A DNA stretch of 63,578 bases, counting the filler, from Guillardia theta CCMP2712 (taxonomy: Eukaryota; Protista; Cryptophyta): assembly GCF_000315625.1 (NCBI RefSeq). It is 4 parts of 4 records of this genome, joined end to end, with 100 filler letters (N's around TTAATTAATTAA, not from the genome) between each part and the next. Parts side by side here need not be neighbours in the genome. Positions count along the whole stretch, not along the records: positions 28,018 to 56,342 come from NW_005434521.1; 3 more parts are not named here. One strand, given 5' to 3'. The stretch's first letter is position 1; the number at the start of each line of letters is the position of its first letter. The notes under the pieces are model-generated. The model was not told the origin of the DNA. It was given only the letters and a program-made list of their open reading frames with translations, and ran no database searches. Below, in pieces: positions 35,779 to 47,279 of the stretch. The translations under genes and the position numbers were made by a program.

Positions 35779-38489
35779 TCACGCGGGGGCCCTCCATTCC
35801 TTCACCGCAGCTCCTGCTGGTGCTCCTCGCTCGAACCTTCCCGAGAAGATCGTGATTCCTTGAGAGGAGATCAGCTCTCCTTCCCCCTGCGCTTCTCCTT
35901 CCTCAAACTGCCCCACGTACTTGCTGCCGTCGTCGTACACGAACGTGCCCCAGCCCTGGGGGATCCCCTCCTGCATCCCACCCTCGTACTCCCCAAGCAT
36001 CATCCTCTTCCTCCCCTGGTTCACTCCACTGGGAGCCCCTTCCTTCCAGTGCCCCTCCACGTACCCCCCGTCAGGATAGCTCATCCTCCCCTTCCCCTCC
36101 GGCCTCCCTCCCACCAGCTCCCCCTCGTATACATCTCCCCAGAAGAACTGCAGACAGCCTCTCCCCTCTGCCACCCCCCCAGGCACCTCCGCCTCGCTCC
36201 TCCGAGCTGCGAACTCTCCCGTGTAAGTGTTGCCGTCGGGAAAGGAAGCTACCCCCCTGTGAGCGCTTGTCAAGTGATAAAGGAGCGAGCGCGAATGTGG
36301 TGGTGGTGGAGGAGGAGGGGAGGAGGAGGAGGGTGATGGGGTGGAGGTGTGCAGAGGGAGGAGTTGGTGGTTGTGTGGCCGTGGATGTGGGGGAGACAAA
36401 GCCAAAAGGGGGGGGAGGCGGGGCAGTGCCCTCGCCAGATGGAGTTCGCGGGGGATGATTCTCTCTGTTGGATTTTTGTTGTTTGGGNNNNNNNNNNNNN
36501 NNNNNNNNNNNNNNNNNNNNNNNNNNNNNNNNNNNNNNNNNNNNNNNNNNNNNNNNNNNNNNNNNNNNNNNNNNNNNNNNNNNNNNNCAGAAGCCTCACC
36601 ATCTTATCGGCCATATTTCAACCTCTGTGGTTACCTGCGCAAAAAGTAAGTTCAACCATGGACATCTTTCAAGTGCCAAGGAGCAGCATTGGCAACGTGA
36701 TCATGAGAATGAACAAGGTTGAAGGACACGAAGTCACAGACTCAGTTACATCCAGAGAAAGCTCGCAAACTTTGAGGACACGGAGGTAGGCAGGCTGGAC
36801 TAAAAGTCTAGGGATTGAGACACAGGGGAAGTTCCGGCAGAGACGAATCGGCAGGTGGACATTACAGGGATCCAACAAATCAAAGTCAGACAGGGGAAAG
36901 ACGTACTAGACATGGGGAAGACTCAACGGGCAGAGGAACGAGCGAGGAATGTCGCACACACGAGCGGCATGAGCCAACGGATTGATGAAGGGAGCAGCAA
37001 GAGCGAGGGGACGGGAGCATGGAAGGAGGAGGATGAGAGGAAAGGAGGAGAGGATGAGATGGATTGATTTGGAGGAGGAGGAGGAGGAGGAGGGAGGGGG
37101 ATGTGGGGGGAGGGTTACAAGGAGACCTTCCATCAGGCCTTCCACTTGAAAATTCTCCCTTGTACGTAGCGCCGTTGGACCAGCACATCTCACCCTGCCC
37201 CTTCCTGTCCATCGGTCGGTGGTGGCTACAAGCAGAGCAGGAGCACCTCTCGTCCAGCTGCCACTCGCCCTCGTACCAGGACCTTCCTCCCTCGTAGGAG
37301 CAGCGACCCCTTCCACTGCAGACCGTCAGCGCGATATATGGGGAGGAAGACACGCGCGCACAAGCGAAGCCCGTTCTTGTACTCCCCGATGTACCTGCAG
37401 CAAGTACTTGAATGCTGCACCACCAAAACGCGTCCTCCTCCTCCTTTTTCTCCTTCTCCTCCTCCTCCTCCTCCTCCTCCTCCTCCTCCTCCTCCTCTTA
37501 CTTCATTCCAAGTTGCGGCCACTCGCACTCTCCCTGCCCGTCGCGCTTCCCCCGAACGATCCCTCCTTCATACCACCACTCGTCTCCTCCTTGTTCCCCA
37601 TGAAGTCTACCCGACCCTGCAACAGAGGAGTCATTCCCCACAGCACTTCTCCTCCTCTACCTCGTTGCGGCTTCCCATGTATCCAAGACCCGACGAAGAA
37701 CGATCCATCAGCATACGCCATCCTGCCTTGCCCGTGCGGCTGACTTCCCCTCCAGCTCCCCTCGTACTCGTCCCCGTTGACGTACCGACACGTCCCTTGC
37801 TCGTCGAAGAAGAACTCAAAGTCAACCTCCTTCAGGAGTCCTCCTCCTGCATCATCCTCCTGCTGCTGATCCTCAGCTGTTGTGTTCCTTTTCATCTTCA
37901 CCCTCACATCCCCGGTAAACTCGTATGCCTCTGTCGTCACCCTCCCACTCGCTCGCTCGCATTCCCCGTCCTTCCACGTTCCTTCCAGGTGATCTCCGTT
38001 GGGGAACACAATCCTCCCCTCCCCGTACCTCACATCCTTCCTCCATCCTCCTTCGTACCTCGTCCCATCCACGTATTCGTGATCCCCCTTCACGTCTCTC
38101 AGGAAGGATCGTATCGTTCCCGTGAACACGTCTCCTGACTTATACAACCGCCTCCCCTCGCAAACTCCCTCCTCCCACACGCCTTCGATCACGTCCCCAT
38201 TCTCCAGCTTGCAGCTTCCCATCCCTCTCAGCCTCCCTCCCTCGAACGTCCCCGTGTACAGAGCTCCTGCTGCCTTCACCCAGTAGCTCCCGGTCCCCGT
38301 CGGCTCGAATTCAGTCCGCATGAACTGCGCGGGGCCCTCGAACTCGTCCCCGTTGGAGAAGCGGAGCCTCTCTGCGTCCTTTCCTTCTCCTTGTAGAATC
38401 TTCTCAGGCCGCAGCTTCTTCACTGCGAACCCTCCCGCGCTCCTCGAGCCCCTCCTGTCTCCTCCCGACGACGCCATAGGGGCTGCCAT
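35779..38489 (-). CDS. MORN-repeat protein (multi-exon; spans a gap and the duplicated segment)
   Basis: Many YEGxW/F..G..HG.G....DG..Y repeats in ORFs 37503-38489, 36886-37353 and 35779-36405. Confidence 0.85.
36588..37064 (-). repeat. Right arm of ~475-bp inverted repeat, inside a MORN-gene intron, truncated by a gap
   Basis: Reads MADKMVRLL on the minus strand, like the nucleoredoxin start. Confidence 0.88.
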
Positions 38490-38504
38490 TTAGCTAGCAG
38501 TCCA

Positions 38505-38830
38505 GGCTCTATCGGCGCGGGGTACTCCGAAAGCCACTGCGGCGGGCCGGGCCGGGCCGGGCCGCCGCCGGGCCGGCGGCCGGGCGGGCCTAGCGGAGGC
38601 CGCCCGGACTGTCGCAACTGAGGCCCACCGGGGGCCGGGCCGGCGGCGGCCGCTGAGCCCAAACGCCGCCGGTGCCTGAGGCCCTGAGGCCCGGGCCGCC
38701 AGTCCGGCCCGGTGACGATGAATCGGCGGGCCGAGTGGCGCGGCAGTGAGGCTGGCGGCAACCACTCGGGAAGTTTTAAACTTGGTCAGTTTTAATCGGC
38801 CCCCGAACCTGGCGGGACCATCGGTCAGTA
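38505..38830. promoter_or_regulatory. GC-rich GGCC/CCGG island directly upstream of the MORN gene
   Basis: e.g. GGCGGGCCGGGCCGGGCCGGGCCGCCGCCGGGCCGGCGGCC; followed by a GGGGTA-rich tract at 39030-39700. Confidence 0.4.
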
Positions 38831-39869
38831 GTGATGGCCAAAAAAAAGTCCGATGATGACTGAAAATTTAACGGGCCAGCCTCAAGACTCGGTAATAGGG
38901 ATCAGCTTCTATGTGAGAAGGACATCAAATAGTCCTATCAATTTCTTCTATCAAATGTTTTGCTGCCTTCCGCTGGTCCTGTCAACAAATTTGTTTTCAA
39001 GGTCACTGACGATCATGCATCAAGATGTACCCCTACTTTTACCTGAAAGACAAGTCAAATACTAGGGTAGGGTATACGCGCCAAGGGCGAGGCATGACCA
39101 GCAGATGACCAAAGCCGCCGTTGGCCCCTTGCCATCAAAAGGTGTAGTCACTATCGGGGTGGGTATCTACATCGTGATTACCGGTTCTGATTACTGATAA
39201 AATGGGGGTAGATTAAGTTGAGGGGTATAAAAGGACCGGGTAGTGTCAGAGTCATGTAGCATCTCGAATCGAGAAGTTGTTCTCGTTGAAGGTACCATAA
39301 ATTTTAGAATCGAAGGTCGGGTGGGTGGGGTGGGGTGGGGTGGGGTTATGGACGTAGGGATAGGGGGTCCTAGTTGAAAGGGTGGTGATGGGATGCTTTA
39401 CTGTTCACTTTACAAAGGGTGGGGTACTTGAGATACGACCCCCACGTCGTAATTACAACAGGGGGGTGGTCAGGGTGGTAGAATTCTGCTAAAGTTGCAG
39501 TAGAGGCGGAAGGGGGTGGGTCCAGATAGATGTGCTGGTGGTTGATCACTCCAGGAGGGGTAGGGGGGGTAGCCAGGTGCAAGAGGAGAGCGTATGTAGG
39601 GGTACTTTAGCGGTAAAAATAGGGGGTAGTATCTGCCAATGGGGTGTATGACCAGAGGACATCCAAAAAGAATGGACATAAAAGTATTATAGGGGATGTG
39701 ACTTGACGGTTACGCGATGAGCCCTTTCGAAACGGTGATCCCTATATTAAGCTCCTCCTCCTCGTCTCTCCCTCACTCCGTCGCCTCCTCCCGCCCCTCC
39801 CACGGGACAAGAACATCTTCAACACCAGCCCTCTGCATAGCATCAACCCCCCCTCCCCCCTCCATCACC

Positions 39870-40853
39870 ATGGCAAACTCCGTTCCCGGCCTTGTCTTCC
39901 GCCAGCTCTTCGAGAAGGAGAGCAGCACCTACACCTACCTCCTCGGAGACGAAGCCTCCAAGGAAGCCATCCTCATCGACCCTGTGGTCGAGACTGCCGA
40001 GAGAGACGCCAAGCTCGCCGAGGACCTTGGCCTCAAGATCATCTACGGTATCAACACTCACTGCCACGCCGACCACGTCACCGGCACCGGGTCTGTCTTG
40101 TCTCCCTCAGCCATGTTTGTCCTTTGCTGACGGCGTGGGATGTCCAGGAAGCTCAAGCAGCTCGTCCCCGGCATGAAGTCCGTCATCGCCGAGAAGTCTG
40201 GCGCCAAGGCGGACATGTTCATCAACGACGGGGACGTGCTCAAGTTCGGACAGCACAAGCTGGAGGTTCGCGCTACCCCAGGCCACACCGACGGCTGCGT
40301 GAGCTACGTGAGTGGAGCAGAGGCGGCGGGGGAGAGGAGGGAGGGAGGCTGACGAGGAGGAGGCAGGTGCTCAATGACGGAGTGATGTGCTTCACGGGAG
40401 ACGCCGTGCTGATCCGCGGCTGCGGGCGAACAGACTTCCAGCAGGGCGATCCTGGCCTCCTTTACGAGTCTGTTCACTCAAAGGTAAAATCATTGCCATT
40501 GGGGGAGAAGGGAGGCTGACGGGAGCTCGCAGATCTTCACTCTTCCGGACAAGTGCATCATCTACCCAGCCCATGACTACAAGGGCTTGATGAACTCCAC
40601 CGTCCTCGAGGAGAAGACCCTCAACCCGTGAGTGGGCGGAGGAGAAGCGCAGGCGATGCTGACGGGGGGATGGTGACTGCAGGAGGCTGACTAAGAACAA
40701 GGAGGAGTTCATCGAGATCATGAATAACCTCGGCCTCCCCTACCCCAAGCAGGTGAGAGTCTCTCTTACTCCTTCCTGCGAGAGCCGCTGACGTCACGCC
40801 CTCAGATCGACAGAGCCCTGCCGCTCAACCTTGTTTGCGGAATTCAGGACTGA
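39870..40853 (+). CDS. ETHE1: Persulfide dioxygenase ETHE1, copy B
   Basis: [42 protein letters not shown], ending [15 protein letters not shown]; same intron positions as copy A. Confidence 0.95.
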
Positions 40854-41153
40854 GCGAACTGTCTGATCTCGTAACATGCAGTGCATGAAACCAATTGTCT
40901 TCTAGTTTCATATGAATGTTCCCTTCTCCTCTGGCATTTTCAAGTAAATTTCTGTAACTGAGAACTGTGGGTTCCTCAATCATCTCTTGTGACGTCATGA
41001 CCAAGACTGGAGGCCAAGTGTCATGTGGCAGTGACTCGATTGCGATCCTGTATGTATCTTATGCGTCTTCGCCCTCGATCCCTGTACAGCAGCGGACCAC
41101 TGCCTCTTTCATTTCACATGTCCGTTAAAACCCCATTGGAATTTACAAATCTG

Positions 41154-42657
41154 TTACTGCGTACGCATGATCGCTGATCTCAGAGAATCGATCAGCTCCA
41201 TGTCGTTTACGTCATCCCCGCTCATCTTGTTGTTCGTAGCTGCCTCCTTCTCCTTGTTCACCCCTTCTCTCGGTCCATCCTGACTGGCAACTTCCTGCGA
41301 ACCAGACAAGTCACACTCAAGGAGGACGCAGCTAGCTGTCACCTCCTCCACCACCTCCGACACGACGCAAGTCACATCGTCCAGCTTGCCGGCCGTTCGC
41401 TTCTCGTCGCTGCGCCCTTGTAAGGGACTGGCAACGACCATGGACAGCACCTGAAGAGCTGGTTGTGCCGCTCGTTGAAGGGAGTTCTAACTGAAGTCGC
41501 CAGCCCTTTCCTGCATTGACAGTGAGCTGACCAAGAGCAGACCAGGAAAAACAGACTTGATGGAGAGGTTGGCGATAAGATGCGCAGCCACCTTCAAGTC
41601 TCCTTTGGCTGAGCACAATGCCTGGAACATGCGAGGACATTACTGGAGGAGGGATGCTGAAGGGCAGGCTGACACTGACCTGCATCACCTCTTCATCGAA
41701 CAAGTTGTCCCACACACCATCCGTGGCCATCAGCACGACGTCGCCAGGATTCGCCTTGTACTCCCACGCGTCGCCTGAGCTGGGCTTATCGGAGTAGGGT
41801 CCGAAGGAGAGCTGGAAGGGCATGTTGAAGCGGTGCTGCTGCTCTTTCGTCCTGTACACCATGTCGTACGTATGAGCTTGCTTGCTCCGAGGCTTCACTA
41901 CCATGAAGCCGGAGTCTCCCACGTTCAACGTCTTCAGCACACCCTGATACAAAACCGCGACACAGGCTGTGGAGCTCCCCAGGAGCTGCGTGTACTCACG
42001 CGCTCGTTCGAGGGCCTTGAGAGGGCAGGGGTCCTTGGACGCTACAAGATTCTCCCTCGTCAATGCCATCAGCCTCCTGCTGTACTCCCCTGCGTCGACT
42101 CCCTCCGATGCCCACCTGTGCCATGTGAGCTAGAAGTCCTCTAGAGAGCAAGCAGCGATACCCTCCAACTCCGTCTGCTACCCCGATCGCACTCAGAGCT
42201 CTCACTGGGGTGCACATGTCAGACAACAACAGCGGCATGATCAGACGCCATGCTGTAGCGAACACGAACAATCATTCCAGTCGCAACTCAAAAAAAGTTG
42301 CGACCGAATGGAATCGGTCGCCAGTGTCCAACAACATCAAAGGGGAGCAACATGATGGGTTGCTCGTGGACAAGGAAAGGGGGGGGTGTGGGAGGAGAGG
42401 TAAAGTGAGACTATGGGCATGCCTGCGACGAGAGGGTAAAGGCTGGGACTGAGAATGCAGAAAGAGCAGCAGGAGCGCAAGGAGCAGCAGGAGCAGATGG
42501 AGGGGGGAGGGGGAGGAAGACCTCTGTCTCTCAACATGAAGCTTGCGTCCTCTCCTCTCTTCTTGCTCGGATGCGCAACCTCCGCCATGAAGCTTCGCAG
42601 CATCAGCCTCAGTCCCCTCGACATGGTTTCGCCCTCTGTGAGCCAGCCTCGGAACAT
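41154..42657 (-). CDS. PTC7: PP2C-family phosphatase, PTC7 type
   Basis: HPSKKRGEDA, IGVADGVGG, GSSTACVA, NVGDSGF, EQQHRFNMPFQL, MATDGVWDNLF, GKLDDVTCVV. Confidence 0.88.
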
Positions 42658-42985
42658 GGTCTGGTCACCCCACCCCCGTATTCGGAGAATATCAGTACCC
42701 TACCATATCAAATGTAGAAACAATGAGCTAAAAGTACCCCTAAAATGGACCACCCACCCCTAATGTACACGGACATATTCGCAACAAGGGATGAGGGGGA
42801 TGATATCGCGACCGAAATAAATGTTCGACACATTGCACCATGTAAGTGAAGAGGAGGAGGAGGAGGAGGAGGAGGAGGAGGAGGAGGAGGAGGAGGAGGA
42901 GGAGGAGGAGGAGGAGGAGAGGGGAGAGAGAGAGAAGAAAGGAGAGAAGTTGAGATGGCAGATGATGAGAAGAGGACAAGAAAAG

Positions 42986-43098
42986 GAAGAAATGAGAGGA
43001 GAAGTAGAGGAAGAAATGAGAGGAGAAGTAGAGGAAGAAATGAGAGGAGAAGTAGAGGAAGAAATGAGAGGAGAAGTAGAGGAAGAAATGAGAGGAGA
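42986..43098 (+). repeat. 24-bp purine-rich tandem repeat (GAAGAAATGAGAGGAGAAGTAGAG) x~4.5, next to (GAG)n
   Basis: Visible tandem copies. Confidence 0.85.
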
Positions 43099-43599
43099 GG
43101 GGTGAGGACAAGAGGAAGAGGTCAGGAGAGCTAAGGTAGGAGAGAAGATGGCATGATGGAATGGGACTGGACTGCACTGAATGGGAGGTGATTCGAGAGG
43201 AGACGAAGAACAGAGGCAATGCGACGGGGGAGAGGAGGATGAAGAAGAGCGGGAAAGAGCAGAAAAGAAGGAAATGCAGAGCAGGACAGAGCATGTTAGG
43301 GGCAGGGAGGTCAGAAGATCAAGGGGGCGTTGGGATGAAAATGGAAAGATGAAGTCAAGGTAGGGAGGTTTAAGTTGGTGCAAGATCATACTATGTAAGG
43401 CATGGGGAGGCAGAGAAATCAAAATACCATGTGCGAATGATGCTAGGAGGCGAAGGAGAAAGAAGAAGAGAAGGAAAGTAAGATGGCGAGGAGAGAAACA
43501 GAGAGAGATGTCAGTGTCTGAGACTACATGGAACGACAATCCACAAGATGTTGCAAGACAGGCAGGCACAGATGAATGAGAGTCAAGTTTCCGATGTTG

Positions 43600-44430
43600 A
43601 GGACGAGAATGGCCGCAGGCTGGAGGTGGGAGGGGCAGGGTGAGCTTAGGAGAGAGGATAGATTGAGTGTGAGGTAGCTCGTGCTAGAGGGGGAGCAAGC
43701 AGAGGAAGCAGCTGCGAGCAGCTCGCATGTGAAGGTGACGCATCGTCCTTAGATCCCTGGATCCAGCTCCTGGTGTACTGAGGGAGCATGCGGGTGAGAG
43801 CGAGATAACTTGCAGCGTCTGCTACTTCTTGTCCTCAGCCTCGTCTCTGCCTCATCCCCTCGCTTGAGTCACTTTCTCCCCTACCTCGCCTCCCCGCCCT
43901 CCTCCTCCTCCTCTCGCTCTTTCTCTCACTCTTCCTCCTCCTTTCACTCTCACTCTTCCTCCCTCCCCCCCTCCCCCCTCCCTCTCTGTCCTGTGACTCG
44001 TCTCCCCCTTGCTTCTTCTCACCTTCGCTTCCTCGCACTGACGGGCTCGCAGAATCTCCAGCATCGAGTCGAGCGACGGCGCCTGGTGGCTCAAGGGAGC
44101 AGCCGGAACCTCCGCCGGCTCCTCTACCGGATCGCCCTGGTGCTAGAGAGACGAGCGGAGGAGGAGGAGGAGGAGGAGGAGGAGGAGGAGTAACTTTATT
44201 GGCAGGTGGAAGCATAGCAAGCAGTCAGACTTCTGGTCTTCGCAGGTTCGGTCGATCAAGTCGAAGGCGGTGAAGGAGGAGGAGAAGGCTTGACAGCAGC
44301 GAGACCCTCGTGACTTGTAACATACGCGATGTACTCCCTGCTACCTCCTCTAAGATGTAACCAAATCCAAAACGAACTCGCTGCCTCGTTTGCTCTCCTC
44401 TCTTAGCTTGTCTATCTGAGTCCACGCACA
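43600..44430 (-). CDS. Possible small hypothetical gene (exon fragments)
   Basis: Coding-like exon HQGDPVEEPAEVPAAPLSHQAPSLDSMLEILRARQCEEAK bounded by AG/GT; boundaries uncertain. Confidence 0.3.
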
Positions 44431-44768
44431 CTCCTTGTGCCCCTCGTCTCTCTTGCTAGTCTCATGGGGAGCAGGAGGAGGACGAGTCTCAGGAGGAGGA
44501 GGAGGAGGAGGAGGAGCAGCAGCAGCAGCAGCAGCGAGGACGGGGAGGAGGTGGAAGGGGTCTGGAATTAAAAATGGTTATTATTAGATGCCAAGTGGAG
44601 GAACGAACAGGCACAATTGGGAGGAAGAGGGAGGGAGGGAGACGGAGGGAGGGAGAGGAGGGAGGGAGAGGAGGGAGGGAGACGGAGGTGACCACCAAGA
44701 GATCAGAGGAGAGGGAGGGGAAGAGACTAACGCGCTACCTGCGTAGGTAGGACGGAAGGGAGCAAGGG

Positions 44769-46317
44769 ATGGATACCGTAGCGACGCACATCTCCAGGGC
44801 TCTTGGGGTGCCAGGGCAGGAGGAGGAGGGTGTGAACGAGCCCTTGTGCGCAGACAACCAGCAGAGGCTTCAGGGTCGAGGTATCGCCAAGGAAAACTCC
44901 ATCAGCGCCTTGGTGGAGAACCCCAGGAACCCTTCCAAGGTTCTCTCCGCGTGCCTCTCCCTCCTCTTCGTCGTCATCGCCGTCCTCGTCTTCGCCGCCT
45001 CCGCGAAGATGGCGATTGATCCAGGGACCGCGGAGGTCAGCCACAAGCAGGTAATGCAGGAGGAGGAGGAGGAGGAGGAGGAGGAGGAGGAGGAGGAGGA
45101 GGAGGAGGAGGAGGAGGGACTGGCTGATCCCAGCAAGATGCATGCGATAGAGAAGAAGATCAAACGACAAATCAAGTCAAGCATGAAGAGCTCTCTCGTC
45201 CTCCAGCGCAAGGTTCGCCCCCTCCATCACTCCCACCCCTTCCATGCTCCCCGTCCTCTACCTGTCCAGCACCCTCCTTCCTCCTCAACCACCACCACCA
45301 CCACCACTCGAAGGTTCCTCCCCCTGCCCCACTCCACGACTCCTCCTCTCTTGCCTTGCGTTGACTCAGGATCAGGCGGCCAAGGAGAGCGACGTGGATG
45401 GCAAGGAGATGGAGAAACTGAGAAAGCAAGTGAAGGACCTCCAGCGACAGATTCACTCGCTCGTCTCTGAGCAGGTCCCTTCCCCTCCCCCTCCCCCTCC
45501 CCCTCATCTCACTCATCCCAACCTCTCTCGCCCACCCTAACCTCCTCCTCGTCCTCCTCGTCCTCGACCCTTCCCCTGACCTCTTCCATCGCCTCTCCCC
45601 ACTTCATCTATCCTTCTCCTCACTATCTCGCAGAAACAAGAGAGCGTCATAGTTCCGGAGGCTATCGTGCAGTCTCCGAGAGGTTACCCTGGTTCGAGTG
45701 AAATCCAACCGAGATTCGTTATTGGACCCTCAAGGTCCTCCTTTCTCCTCCTCCTCCTCCATTCTCTCCTCCACCACCACCACCACCTCCTCCTCCTCCT
45801 CCTCCTCCTCCTCCTCCTCCTCCTCCTCCTCCTCCTCCTCCTCTTCCTCCTCTCCTCTCTTCTGCTTTCCTTCCTCCTCCTTTCTTTCCTTCGTCCTCCT
45901 TTCTCTCCTCCTCCTCCTCCTCCTGCTACTACTGCTACTCCTTCTCCTCCCCTTCTCCATCATCGTCCTCTGACTCCTAAACCTCCTCATCTTCATTTCA
46001 TTTACTTTTCCCTTCCTCCCTCCCCTTCACTCACATGCTCATCTTCAGGATTGTCACCCCCAACTCGCGCATGGCGGTCACCTTTGCTCCTGTTGCTTCG
46101 GCACATCTCTCATCTTTTCCCCAGGGCTTCTTCTACCCCAGCAGCAGACAGCAGATCCCCCAGCCTCCCGCTAGCCTACCGGCCGCCAGCACTTCAGCCG
46201 GTGAGGAGGAGGAGCAGGGAGAGGAGGGGGGCAGCAGGAAAGCTGACAGGGAAGCTGACATGCCTCGCAGGGTCGCGAGCGCGCGAGGTATTCAGAGAAG
46301 AAATGAAGGGCAAGTGA
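44769..46317 (+). CDS. Hypothetical single-pass membrane protein with short coiled coil
   Basis: VLSACLSLLFVVIAVLVFAASA TM segment; exon EMEKLRKQVKDLQRQIHSLVSEQ; several AG/GT-bounded exons separated by CT-rich introns. Confidence 0.5.
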
Positions 46318-47141
46318 GCAGAGAANNNNNNNNNNNNNNNNNNNNNNNNNNNNNNNNNNNNNNNNNNNNNNNNNNNNNNNNNNNNNNNNNNNNNNNNNNN
46401 NNNNNNNNNNNNNNNNNNNNNNNNNNNNNNNNNNNNNNNNNNNNNNNNNNNNNNNNNNNNNNNNNNNNNNNNNNNNNNNNNNNNNNNNNNNNNNNNNNNN
46501 NNNNNNNNNNNNNNNNNNNNNNNNNNNNNNNNNNNNNNNNNNNNNNNNNNNNNNNNNNNNNNNNNNNNNNNNNNNNNNNNNNNNNNNNNNNNNNNNNNNN
46601 NNNNNNNNNNNNNNNNNNNNNNNNNNNNNNNNNNNNNNNNNNNNNNNNNNNNNNNNNNNNNNNNNNNNNNNNNNNNNNNNNNNNNNNNNNNNNNNNNNNN
46701 NNNNNNNNNNNNNNNNNNNNNNNNNNNNNNNNNNNNNNNNNNNNNNNNNNNNNNNNNNNNNNNNNNNNNNNNNNNNNNNNNNNNNNNNNNNNNNNNNNNN
46801 NNNNNNNNNNNNNNNNNNNNNNNNNNNNNNNNNNNNNNNNNNNNNNNNNNNNNNNNNNNNNNNNNNNNNNNNNNNNNNNNNNNNNNNNNNNNNNNNNNNN
46901 NNNNNNNNNNNNNNNNNNNNNNNNNNNNNNNNNNNNNNNNNNNNNNNNNNNNNNNNNNNNNNNNNNNNNNNNNNNNNNNNNNNNNNNNNNNNNNNNNNNN
47001 NNNNNNNNNNNNNNNNNNNNNNNNNNNNNNNNNNNNNNNNNNNNNNNNNNNNNNNNNNNNNNNNNNNNNNNNNNNNNNNNNNNNNNNNNNNNNNNNNNNN
47101 NNNNNNNNNNNNNNNNNNNNNNNNNNNNNNNNNNNNNNNNN

Positions 47142-47244
47142 TGTCTCCAGATCTGCCGAGCTGGCGAGCGCTCCAGGTCACGGTGCCGCCTCAGCATGAC
47201 GTGTTTCAAGTCCAGCGACATGTAATCGTGGTGGAGGAGGAGGA

Positions 47245-47279
<35 letters not shown>

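Noticed and set aside
33711-37064. Inverted repeats as transposon TIRs
   Set aside because: No transposase between them, and the arms consist of host upstream and exon sequence; the right arm is cut by a gap so a target-site duplication cannot be assessed
46035-47225. Long ORFs crossing N runs (also 54542-55864 and 33129-33549)
   Set aside because: Length is an artifact of ambiguous bases
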